This document shows, in pieces, positions 10,870 through 20,200 of a stretch of 64,000 nt of DNA; the stretch's first letter is position 1; each line of letters begins with the position of its first letter. The stretch comes from Candidatus Poribacteria bacterium. GTDB taxonomy: Bacteria; Poribacteria; WGA-4E; PCPOR2b. The notes below the pieces were generated by a model that searched no databases, was not told where the DNA came from, and saw nothing but the letters and a program-made list of their open reading frames with translations. A program made the position numbers and the translations under genes. The stretch spans positions 4,320,001-4,384,000 of the forward strand of contig OZ242351.1 in NCBI GenBank assembly GCA_965208675.1, written 5' to 3'.

Positions 10870-10936
10870 TTCCGACCACCTGACGGACGAAAGCAGATGT
10901 TACTTTGTAATTTAACACATTAACACCTAACACGCC

Positions 10937-11189
10937 GTTGGTTGGGTTGAACGGATTTGGCAGATTCATACTTTCGAAAAAACGCGGCGGGCAAAATCGA
11001 GGTTGATAACACAATCCGCGAAGCGATATTCAGCGCGGTTCGTAAGACAGTACCAACTCCGTTCAACGAGATGACTCTCAATAGCCAAAAGGAGTTGGGT
11101 TACGGAGAAGACTACCGCCTAAAATCTCTTTCACCCAAAATATTCCTCCCGTTGGTGCTGTTCGATCGCGCGGCCTCAACCCAACCTAA
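10937..11189. repeat. Family-A REPIN-like element
   Basis: Outer IR GGTTGGGTTGA/TCAACCCAACC; inner IR CCAACTCC/GGAGTTGG. Confidence 0.75.
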
Positions 11190-11308
11190 GACCGCTGTGA
11201 TTGCCTCCTAAAAGAGAAGATAGCATAACATATCTACACTGTCGAATCAAGCGTTTTCACGTCTCGCCTTTTGTGTCCTGGGGCTGCTTCGTTCAGGGTG
11301 CGGAAGGG

Positions 11309-13255
11309 TTATGGAATCATACTTGGGCGTCCGTGCCATGCCATGTTATACGTGACGATATTTAAGGATGCGCTGATAATGCTCCAAATGCAACCCATCG
11401 TGTAATCGCCGAGGACCAATCCCGCGAAAAACGGGATGGCGCGGCGATACCCCTTCAAGCCGCCATACCGTAGGATGGTGAATTTAAGAAACCAACTAAC
11501 TAGCACCGGACACCAGATGTAACTCATCTCCGACGGGCTTACCCCCATGACATATCCCACTGGATGAAATGGCCACCACAGAAACCGCATCTTCATGGCT
11601 AGCAGAACCGTTGTTATGCCAAAACCGAGGCTAATCATGCTCATAGTCAGGTAGTCCGGTTCGAGGGGAACGCTCAACCACGGCTGAAGCCGTCTCGTAA
11701 AATAGTCTGTACCCATCCCAACAATGTGTGATGCGGAATTTCCCGCCCCGTGGTGGTATGTGAGGCCGAGGTATATAACGAAGGTCGCGGGTATACCGAT
11801 GATGAGGGTAATAAGTATTGCCCATAACACTCTTCGAAAACTCGTGCCCGTTTGCTCGGCGATGCGGAATGCTTCGAGCTGATTCGGCATCGGGTGAGCG
11901 ACCAGCTCTCGGTTCAGCCAAAAAAGGAAGGTCAGCACCGTCAGGTTCCGCGCCCCGAATGTGCGTGTCCCAAACGCGGTCACCATCGTGCGCTGCGGAT
12001 CTACCCAGATGATGTGATGGATCGACACGCCCAAGCTCGCCCTGAGTTTGGTTACTCCGATGGCGATGGAACAGTACAAAACCAAAAACATAATCATTAC
12101 CCATGCCGACAGCCCTGCTTTGTACGCAAATGCAATTAGAAACAGTAATCCTGCAATAATGCCAAATACAGCGGTGCGATACCGCATCGGCTCGTTCGTG
12201 TCATGGAACCGGTTATTGCCGCTGAACGTCTGAAAGAAGACGCGCTTGAGGTGTCTGCGCCCAACCCATAAAGCCAGAATACCCAATCCAATCCAACCAC
12301 CCTGTGCTTGTTCATCGAAGTACGGGTTGCGTATTCCCATCGCCGCACCCAACACCACTCGAATCAGAAGCTGTAAGATGAAGAAAAACCACGCGGAAAA
12401 CGCGAGATCCAACGGCATGAAATACGAAAGTCCAATCACAAATGGCTGGAAAGAGACCAGCACTCCACCGGCGTAACTCCACGGTTTTTCCACGAAACTA
12501 ACCCGTTGCCACCAGACGGGCACGGCGGGGACGAATGGGAATAAGGTGTGCAAGCCGTTTAGCAGACTGATGCCTGCCGCGATTCCAAAGCCTAACCACA
12601 TTAGCTTGTTCCTCAGAAACCCCGAGATATCTCTCCCCATCTCCAAGGGCATCCAAGTAATCGGATAGGTGAGCCGTTCATGCTCGGTGAATTGCTTTCG
12701 CAGAATCACGTTGATGCAGATTAGTACGAAGTAAAGGACAAACATGAAAGCTGACCAATAGAGCATCGGTGCCAGCCACGGTTCGACGTATTTTCGGTCA
12801 AAGAACGAGGTCTCGCCGTGAAAAAAGCTGCTGAGGGCATGTGTGTCTCGGGTGGTGAACCAGTCGGGAATATACTGCCAGAACAGATTGCGCCAGTCAT
12901 TTTCCGGCGTGGCAAACCAGTATGGGTGCGCGAGAATTCCGATCACATGGCTCATGCTCGGATGGCCAGATACCGTTGTCACGGTGACAACCATAACGTA
13001 GATAACGAACAGGTCGGATCTGCTGAGCATAAACCGCGGCAGGAGTCTTTTCAGAAGCAAATTCAGTAGAATGAGCGCAAATAGGGTGAAGACCGCGTTG
13101 CTGAACAACGACATATAGTTGTGCAAGGGACCGACGATAATGTCATTGATTGCGACCCAATATGCATTAAGCGCCATCAATATTAGACCGATGACAACGA
13201 CTCTGATTCGAACACCGCCTCGAATTCGGTTCTGGATTGCGGTCGCTTCATTCAC
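11309..13255 (-). CDS. Polytopic membrane protein, DUF6785/DUF6784-type putative transporter
   Basis: Many TM segments; WFATPEN.W, ERLTYPI, WWPFHPVGY, LRYGG...YRRAIPFFAGL.LGD motifs. Confidence 0.7.
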   Translation of the reverse strand: MNEATAIQNRIRGGVRIRVVVIGLILMALNAYWVAINDIIVGPLHNYMSLFSNAVFTLFALILLNLLLKRLLPRFMLSRSDLFVIYVMVVTVTTVSGHPSMSHVIGILAHPYWFATPENDWRNLFWQYIPDWFTTRDTHALSSFFHGETSFFDRKYVEPWLAPMLYWSAFMFVLYFVLICINVILRKQFTEHERLTYPITWMPLEMGRDISGFLRNKLMWLGFGIAAGISLLNGLHTLFPFVPAVPVWWQRVSFVEKPWSYAGGVLVSFQPFVIGLSYFMPLDLAFSAWFFFILQLLIRVVLGAAMGIRNPYFDEQAQGGWIGLGILALWVGRRHLKRVFFQTFSGNNRFHDTNEPMRYRTAVFGIIAGLLFLIAFAYKAGLSAWVMIMFLVLYCSIAIGVTKLRASLGVSIHHIIWVDPQRTMVTAFGTRTFGARNLTVLTFLFWLNRELVAHPMPNQLEAFRIAEQTGTSFRRVLWAILITLIIGIPATFVIYLGLTYHHGAGNSASHIVGMGTDYFTRRLQPWLSVPLEPDYLTMSMISLGFGITTVLLAMKMRFLWWPFHPVGYVMGVSPSEMSYIWCPVLVSWFLKFTILRYGGLKGYRRAIPFFAGLVLGDYTMGCIWSIISASLNIVTYNMAWHGRPSMIP

Positions 13256-13263
13256 AAATCATC

Positions 13264-13695
13264 TCACAGTGATAGTCTTGGATTTCCGCATCCTTTTGTG
13301 GCGGAGAAATTCCATGCCGTCCACTTCTCTGGATCCACTGTAACCCCGTGTACAACCATACCCAAGTGAAGATGCGAGCCGGGGACCTGACCCGTTTCCT
13401 CCATCAAACCGATTCGCCACCCTTTTTCTACCGTGTCACCAACGTTTAAGCCGATTTCGTTGAGATAATTAAAGCTTGTCAAGACACTATGTCCAACCAA
13501 ATCTTTGGCCTGCAACAAGAGCGGATAGGTGTCTGCTTGCAGCGTATCGCTCACTCCAATTAAACCTCGGTGCACGTTTTTCCATCTAATCGGATAGAAT
13601 CGAATTATTTGATCGAAAATCTTGCCGTTTGTTTCAGCCAAGGGTTTATTAGATCGGGCGAAAATCCCGTGCGTTTTAACTTGTAGAACGCTCAA
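13264..13695 (-). pseudogene. M23 family peptidase fragment
   Basis: C-terminal half present (VGDTVEKG..IG...TG..PGSHLHLG...VDP) but no upstream HxxxD motif or signal peptide in frame; upstream DNA is broken into short ORFs. Confidence 0.55.
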
Positions 13696-14623
13696 TTATT
13701 GGGTAGAGAGCTGAAACTCCGACGGGTTTTTTCAACGAAGGACACGAACGCCTTGCAGGTAGATTGTTTCTACAACAATTTATCCATGCCGTAGGCGCAA
13801 TTGTGTTTACGCCGTGGCGGCGGGCTGTTGTATCCGGTGTCCTGATAGTGTGATTTTTTTCTGTTCTCACCGAGCTTCAAATGTACTGGGACGCCATGAC
13901 TAACTTGGATTGTGACCGTGCCGTGTTTTGAACGTTCGCCGCTTGCTGCGGCAAATAAAGCATATTCCCCACGGATAGGTGTTCTGCGAGGCGATTATGT
14001 TCAGATTGAGCCGCAGCGGTACCGCATCGAACACTACGTACCGATAACGGCAGCTCAACAACCACAGCCGCGAGATAATCAAGAGGCGGACGGCCCCAGG
14101 GCGAAGGCGAGGTTGAATTCTGTTGGCACGGGGATGAGGCGATTTGAGGGATGTCCATGTTGTGTACTGCATGTGAATTTGACTGTAGAGGTTGCCAACC
14201 AAGCACGGAAATTATATCACAACCGCGAGTCAATACAAAATGTTTGATTTGATTTTGCCACACCAAATTGCGCGTGATACTCAGGGTTCAGACCGCGGCG
14301 GTTCTCTCTTAACATATGGTCATAATGGATACTCTATTTTCGCATAAAGAATCGGCGTCCCTCGCTGATTTTACGACCGATTGTGGCAGAATCTGCGGAT
14401 TTATGGTATTATATTATGAAAGGGTGTATGCGTCGAACAATTGCGTTAAATCGGTTGCATGTGTTGGATGGATTCAAGGTGTGGAGCATGTACCGGTTCC
14501 GCAGCGGGCCGTCGGGAGACAATCATTCCACGCATTGGACGCGCAAGAATGGTTCGACTGCCATACGCTAGAACAACGTAGGCTGCGATATGCGAAACGG
14601 TTCATTTTTAGGAGGAGATTTTA

Positions 14624-14917
14624 ATGAATATCTACGTCGGAAATTTGTCCTTTAGTGCCACCGATGATGACGTGCTTGAAGCTTTTCAAGAATTTGGGAA
14701 AGTGGAAACGGTGAATGTAATTCGAGATTCATATGACGGTCGATCTAGAGGATTCGGGTTTGTCGAAATGCCAGAAGATGCAGAAGCGAAATCAGCCATA
14801 GAAGCGTTAGATGGCAGCGAGTTTATGGGACGAAATTTGAAAGTGAACGAGGCGCGCCCAAAATCTAGACGAAATCAATCAAGAGATTACCGAGGGGGCG
14901 GATCTGATAGATGGTAG
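14624..14917 (+). CDS. RRM-domain RNA-binding protein
   Basis: RNP2 IYVGNL, RNP1 RGFGFVEM, LKVNEARP; AGGAGG RBS. Confidence 0.95.
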   Translation: MNIYVGNLSFSATDDDVLEAFQEFGKVETVNVIRDSYDGRSRGFGFVEMPEDAEAKSAIEALDGSEFMGRNLKVNEARPKSRRNQSRDYRGGGSDRW

Positions 14918-14949
14918 CGCGCGCGGTTTATACCATGGGATATCATCGT

Positions 14950-14985
14950 AAGCACCGGTTCCGTGTGATGAATCGGTGCTTTTTT
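14950..14985 (+). terminator. Intrinsic terminator
   Basis: AAGCACCGGTTC...GAATCGGTGCTT hairpin followed by a T-tract. Confidence 0.75.
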
Positions 14986-15097
14986 ATGATACAGGTAGGT
15001 TAGGTGTTGAAAAAAAGCGCCGAGAGGAAAATTTTCACGTCCGCCGCAAACTCCTATGTGATTTACTTCATCGCTAAGAATTGAGGTAATCAAAGCC

Positions 15098-16375
15098 GTG
15101 AAAAATGGATCTCAAATGCTAAATCATCTGGTCGATACGGAATTTGCAGGTGACTTTGAAGTGCCGGAAAAAGAAGGTTTGAAAATGCCGCCCAGTAAGA
15201 ATCTAACCGATGAAAGAGGGGAGCAGTTGCCGGTTTCAGACCTTGATGAACTCATCCCCGCCTCAAATGCGAGTAGCGACGCGGTATTCAATTTTGAGGA
15301 TGGTATGGTTCCTTACCTTCAGCAGATTTCGAAAACACCGCTGCTAACACCTATCGAAGAGACCCAACTCTTTGAACAGTTTTCAGTCAAGATACAGCGG
15401 ATTGACGAATTGTTCAAGCAACTCCCGCCTTCGATGCTGGAGTCTGTGCAGACTAATCTGCGGCGCAGTAGAAAGGCAAAGCGGAAGTCCGTACGCCGTT
15501 GGTGGTCGCCGATGGAGGTTGGCGCAATAATAGATTTAATTTCTGCCGAGATTGGGGCGTATCAAAACGGGCAAACCGCGGATTATCCATACCAGAAAAA
15601 TGCCATCGAAACACTCCGGGAAAAGATTAGTATTGCAGTCGACGAGATGACGGCCGTACGAGAGAAGATTATACGCGCAAACCTGTTGCTCGTCGCCAGC
15701 GTCGTGATGCAGTATCGCGCTTATTCAGCATCAATGACGTTGCAAGATTTGATGCAAGAGGGGAATATCGGTTTGATGAAAGCCGTCGAAAAGTTCGATC
15801 TTCGAAAAGGGTGCAAGTTTAGCACTTACGCCTATTGGTGGATTATGCAAGCGGTTCAACGAGCTTTAGCACAACATAGCCGCACCGTTCGGTTGCCCTG
15901 CTACATTGGAACTTTACGACAATCGATTTTCGACACTCAGACTCGACTAACCAATGAACTTAACCGCGAACCTACTTACAGAGAGGTTGCGAAGGCAATG
16001 GGTTTGGATGAGAATCGTGTCGTCGAAATACTTCAAAGCGGACAAAGCACCATTTCACTCGATTCGCCGCTGTTCGACTCAAACGACGCGACCGTTTCTG
16101 ACACACTGGAGGACGAATCAAGCCTTGCTCCCGATAAGGAAGTACTTACGCGGTCAAGGAAGGAGTCGTTAGAAAAGGCGCTTAACACGCTAACATGGCG
16201 TGAAAAGGTTGTAATGCAGCTACGTTTCGGCTTGACTGACGGCACAGAATATACTTTGGCTGAAATTGGACGAGAATTGGGAATTAGCCGCGAGCGCGTT
16301 CGCCAGATTCAGGAGGAGGTCCTCCGAAAATTCCGCCATCCAATCTATTCAAAATCCCTCAAAGAACTGCTTTAA
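15098..16375 (+). CDS. RpoD/SigA-family sigma-70 factor
   Basis: YLQQISKTPLL (1.2), DLMQEGNIGLMKAVEKFD..KG.KFSTYAYWWI (2), TLAEIG.ELGISRERVRQI (4). Confidence 0.92.
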   Translation: MKNGSQMLNHLVDTEFAGDFEVPEKEGLKMPPSKNLTDERGEQLPVSDLDELIPASNASSDAVFNFEDGMVPYLQQISKTPLLTPIEETQLFEQFSVKIQRIDELFKQLPPSMLESVQTNLRRSRKAKRKSVRRWWSPMEVGAIIDLISAEIGAYQNGQTADYPYQKNAIETLREKISIAVDEMTAVREKIIRANLLLVASVVMQYRAYSASMTLQDLMQEGNIGLMKAVEKFDLRKGCKFSTYAYWWIMQAVQRALAQHSRTVRLPCYIGTLRQSIFDTQTRLTNELNREPTYREVAKAMGLDENRVVEILQSGQSTISLDSPLFDSNDATVSDTLEDESSLAPDKEVLTRSRKESLEKALNTLTWREKVVMQLRFGLTDGTEYTLAEIGRELGISRERVRQIQEEVLRKFRHPIYSKSLKELL

Positions 16376-16519
16376 GTGATGCGGTATCAACAGAAATTCA
16401 ATGCGGGAAATTGGGCTTCCTCACGACTCAAAACATCGTCCAAAGTAGCCATGCAGGAGAAAATGCGCGCCGCTCACCAATTTGGAACCACCTTTTAAAC
16501 CTTTCGGAAGGACTTCAAC

Positions 16520-16909
16520 ATGAGCAACGGTTCCGCGTATGATGGATTGCAGAATCATATCCGGCAGATGGAAACGCCGGGAATCGAAACTTGGAAAAAC
16601 GAGTACTACGACAGAGATTACACTATCGAAATTACCAACCTAGAATTTACGACTATCTGCCCCAAGACCGGCCATCCCGATTTTGCGTCCATCCGAATTA
16701 CGTATGTTCCGGACAGGTACTGTGTTGAGCTCAAGTCCTTAAAAGAGTATTTCCTGTCTTTTCGCGAGGTAGGAATTTTTCACGAGCATCTTGTCAACAA
16801 GGTCATGGACGATTTTGTGGCTGCTTGCAAACCGCGCCGTGTTCAGGTGGAAGGGGATTTTAACATTCGCGGCGGACTGAAGACGGTAGTGCGCACGAGT
16901 CACGACTAA
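16520..16909 (+). CDS. queF: NADPH-dependent preQ0 reductase
   Basis: EFTTICPKTGHPDFA, VELKSLKEY, IFHE, FNIRGG. Confidence 0.95.
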   Translation: MSNGSAYDGLQNHIRQMETPGIETWKNEYYDRDYTIEITNLEFTTICPKTGHPDFASIRITYVPDRYCVELKSLKEYFLSFREVGIFHEHLVNKVMDDFVAACKPRRVQVEGDFNIRGGLKTVVRTSHD

Positions 16910-17053
16910 TCAGTTTGAATGCCTTTCCCAACCTACTACCTATGGATTCCATCTCGGTGCAGAGTGAATCACACCGGTCAATGTCAGGGGACTAGCGGTG
17001 GTTTCGCTTGCAGCCTCATGCACGCATGTGCTAAACTTTCCCATCTAGTAAAG

Positions 17054-19021
17054 ATGTACCGCTTTGCCAAACTTGCCCTGCGGCGATTCATGTTGTTCAG
17101 TATCGCAATATCGATCGCCATCACCTTTTTCGTATTTAGTCCAACCGGGTTGTTTGCTGTAATAGACCTGTCGATTGTGCGTCCTAGGACAGACTTTACC
17201 ACAAACAACCAGGCGTTGTCGATTGAAGGAATTGTTGAATCCTCAATTCCGACAAAAGTTGTTGTCACGACCAACACACCGGCCGGGGTTCCCGATTTGG
17301 AGCAGTTGGCACATTCTCTCCACGCAATTGTTCTTGACCTTGGAAGTTCACGCCAGCTTAAGGCAGCTATAATAAGTCCCGATGCTGACCTAGATTTATC
17401 GTTCGGACCCAGAATGGTACAGATGGCATTCGCGCAAGACGACACAAATTTTCCAGAAGGTCATCGCCTGAACGTTCCCTCCACCATAGGTACGTCTTTC
17501 AACAAGACCGTGGTTGACTTTCCGAGCATCATTTCTGCGCAGTTCGTCCAGATTGTGATGCTAGAAGGCTGGCAGCGAGAGAGAATTGCCATCGAATCCA
17601 TTGAATTTCTAGATTCAACCAATCAGATTATACAGGCCGGTATCCAGTCCATTTCTATCTTGCTAGATCTATCAGTGGAGAATCGGGCGCCATTTTCCGT
17701 TCAGGTTTTGCTCAAGACGGGAGAGAACCGACTTACGTTGTTCGCCCGCACACTCGTGCTGCCAGGCGCCAATCAGATTGAAACCGCCGATTGGGTGACA
17801 ATTTCGCCGTTTTATCTTTCTGAATTGCGACCAGATGCCGCCGATGCGGGATATTACACGTTGAGCGATGGCCATCGGGCGCAGATTGTATTGGCAGTTG
17901 ATGCTTTTGATGAGAAAATTAAAAAATTACAGTTCTATTCCGTTCCACGCGAGCAGTTTGATTCTTTGTCCTATTCGGAAAACGAACAAATTGTTGAAGG
18001 GACGGCTCCTGCCGTGGTGTACCGATTTGAACCGCTGAAGCAGGGCGTGTTCGCTGCAGAGGCGTCGAATTCCTTACGCGATCAACCACCCACGCTCGCG
18101 TTTGACGGCATATTGGATTTCCCTTCGACATGGGTCGCAGGGTTAGTGCCGTTGCCTATCTCGCTTACTGCCGATTTGGGTGAGGTCCGTGCAATCAGCC
18201 GAATTGTCGTGCACGCGAACGTTACCGAGAACGGTTCTTTTGGACCGCAAAGCGCAATAATATTCACCTCCAATGATAATGTAAACTTCACAGAGTTATT
18301 TGAGTATTCGGAGTTTGATGATCGGTCGACAGCAATTCAGTTGCCATCTCATCCGTCGGCTCGGTATGTCCGACTCAAAATCACGGAGAGCAAACAGGCA
18401 AATAATGTTCAAATTAACGAGGTCGAATTATTTGACATGTCTGACTCAAAACTTGTTCCGCTTTTAGCGGTTGATCGGATTTTGCTCCAACGTCCGGCGC
18501 ATCTAGAATTGAGTTATACCGCGTCCGATTTGCTTGCGGCGAATATCCGCCGAAAATCGGACCTTAGAATTTTTGCATGGGATGACCTTGGCAAGGAATG
18601 GCAATTAGTAGGAGGAGAAATTGACCTGGATCGTCAGACGGTCAGTTTAGAACTCAACTATATTTCCGAATTTGCGTTGTTCCAAGCTGTCACTTCGAAA
18701 ATACAGACGGCGTGGAGTTTGAACCCGTTTTCGCCTGACGGAAACGGAATCGCAGATGTAACACGTCTAACAATTATTAACGCGGACACCTCGCCGTTCC
18801 GACGGAATGAACTTATCGTTGAAATCTTTGATCTCAACAACAGACTCGTGCGGACGCTGGTAAATCGAAATGTCATGCATTCAAACGCAATGAGTGTCGA
18901 ATGGGACGGTCGGGACGGAACGGGGCGAATTGTAAATATTGGGCCGTATATCTATCAGATTCAGATCCAATCTGATACGCAGACAGACGTCCGAAACGGC
19001 GTGATTGTTGTGGGAAAATGA
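17054..19021 (+). CDS. Secreted protein with two discoidin/F5-8C-like domains and a C-terminal FlgD-Ig/gliding-motility-CTD-like domain
   Basis: Signal peptide; LTADLG..RAISRIVV, ARYVRLKI, INEVEL; C-terminal NPFSPDGNGIAD...IFDLNNRLVRTL...WDGRD..G..V..GPYIY. Confidence 0.7.
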   Translation: MYRFAKLALRRFMLFSIAISIAITFFVFSPTGLFAVIDLSIVRPRTDFTTNNQALSIEGIVESSIPTKVVVTTNTPAGVPDLEQLAHSLHAIVLDLGSSRQLKAAIISPDADLDLSFGPRMVQMAFAQDDTNFPEGHRLNVPSTIGTSFNKTVVDFPSIISAQFVQIVMLEGWQRERIAIESIEFLDSTNQIIQAGIQSISILLDLSVENRAPFSVQVLLKTGENRLTLFARTLVLPGANQIETADWVTISPFYLSELRPDAADAGYYTLSDGHRAQIVLAVDAFDEKIKKLQFYSVPREQFDSLSYSENEQIVEGTAPAVVYRFEPLKQGVFAAEASNSLRDQPPTLAFDGILDFPSTWVAGLVPLPISLTADLGEVRAISRIVVHANVTENGSFGPQSAIIFTSNDNVNFTELFEYSEFDDRSTAIQLPSHPSARYVRLKITESKQANNVQINEVELFDMSDSKLVPLLAVDRILLQRPAHLELSYTASDLLAANIRRKSDLRIFAWDDLGKEWQLVGGEIDLDRQTVSLELNYISEFALFQAVTSKIQTAWSLNPFSPDGNGIADVTRLTIINADTSPFRRNELIVEIFDLNNRLVRTLVNRNVMHSNAMSVEWDGRDGTGRIVNIGPYIYQIQIQSDTQTDVRNGVIVVGK

Positions 19022-19055
19022 AGACTAATTGCCTTAGAATTACGCCGGTCAATTA

Positions 19056-20138
19056 TTGTTGAACTCGTCGGAGACGTGTAACCGTCATAGTGGAAGGAGG
19101 CAGAGAAAGGGGGCTAAACCGAAGGTGTTAAAATGGAAGAGTGAGAGACCATCGAATTGGAGTAATCCCTTTTTCTTACCGCTTCATCGCTTAAACCGCC
19201 CGCCAACCCATCGATTGACACTCCTAATATTCTTATTTTGCGTGGGGATAGTCAGTCTATCTCATTGGGCGCATGCTGCATTCGACGATCAGTTCGTGGG
19301 GGCGCGTGCTTATGCGATGGGAGGCGCGTTCGCGGCCACAGCGAATGAATCAGACGGTCTACTCGTAAATCCGGCGTCAATCTCGAATCATTCCGCGCCG
19401 CGGCAGTTGTCTGCGACAATGGCGAGACTCCACGTAGGCTTGACCGACGAGACTTCAATCTCGCAAAACCTAATCAGCTATACGAATCCAGTTCCTCTCA
19501 GAGGTTCAATTGGATTGCTTTGGAAGCGGTTGAACGTCAGCGAACTTTATTCGGAGAATTATTTGGTCATGGGATTGAGCAAGGGTTTAGCGTTTGGAAC
19601 GAATGAAGAACGCCGTCTGTCAATCGGAGCGGCGTTAAAGCTGTTACATTGGGACACGGCGCCTACAATTGGGACAAGCGGTAGTATTGTAGAGGATTTG
19701 CCGGGCTCAAGACGGTTTAGCTTAGACGCAGGCGTGGTTTTTCGCCCGTCCGAGAATATTCCGCTTGCGTTGTCTGTCCAGAACATCAATACCCCCAACA
19801 TTGCTTCGAAGTCGTCGAAGATTACGGAGGAGTTGCCGGCGCAGGTGACGCTTGGCATCGGAATATTGGGGCGGCGGTCTACATGGGGGATGGATTTGGT
19901 ATTCAACCGCAGCCAGACTGATGTCAAGATTGGGATTGAGCAACAATTTTATGATGGTAGGGTGTTGCTGCGCGGCGGATTTCGGTTGGAAAACCTCGCT
20001 TGGGGAGCAAATATGACGCTCGGGGGAGGGTATCACTTGAACAGTAGTGTTCGAATGGATTACGGATCCGCTTTTCCGATTGGTGGCATTGTAGACACGT
20101 ACGGCAGCCATCGAGTTAGCCTTGTATATATTTTATGA
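19056..20138 (+). CDS. PorV/PorP(SprF)-like outer-membrane beta-barrel protein
   Basis: After signal peptide: GARAYAMGGAFAATAN....LLVNPA; amphipathic strands; terminal SHRVSLVY; start uncertain. Confidence 0.65.
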   Translation: MLNSSETCNRHSGRRQRKGAKPKVLKWKSERPSNWSNPFFLPLHRLNRPPTHRLTLLIFLFCVGIVSLSHWAHAAFDDQFVGARAYAMGGAFAATANESDGLLVNPASISNHSAPRQLSATMARLHVGLTDETSISQNLISYTNPVPLRGSIGLLWKRLNVSELYSENYLVMGLSKGLAFGTNEERRLSIGAALKLLHWDTAPTIGTSGSIVEDLPGSRRFSLDAGVVFRPSENIPLALSVQNINTPNIASKSSKITEELPAQVTLGIGILGRRSTWGMDLVFNRSQTDVKIGIEQQFYDGRVLLRGGFRLENLAWGANMTLGGGYHLNSSVRMDYGSAFPIGGIVDTYGSHRVSLVYIL

Positions 20139-20200
20139 TACAATCGAGCAGCGGAAGACGAGTGGAATGCGTGGTTGGAATAGTCTAAGAAGGACGGAAT

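Noticed and set aside
10957-11211. 84-aa ORF
   Set aside because: Lies almost entirely within a family-A repeat element.
16376-16519. preQ1 riboswitch upstream of queF
   Set aside because: No recognisable preQ1 stem-loop with an A-rich tail.
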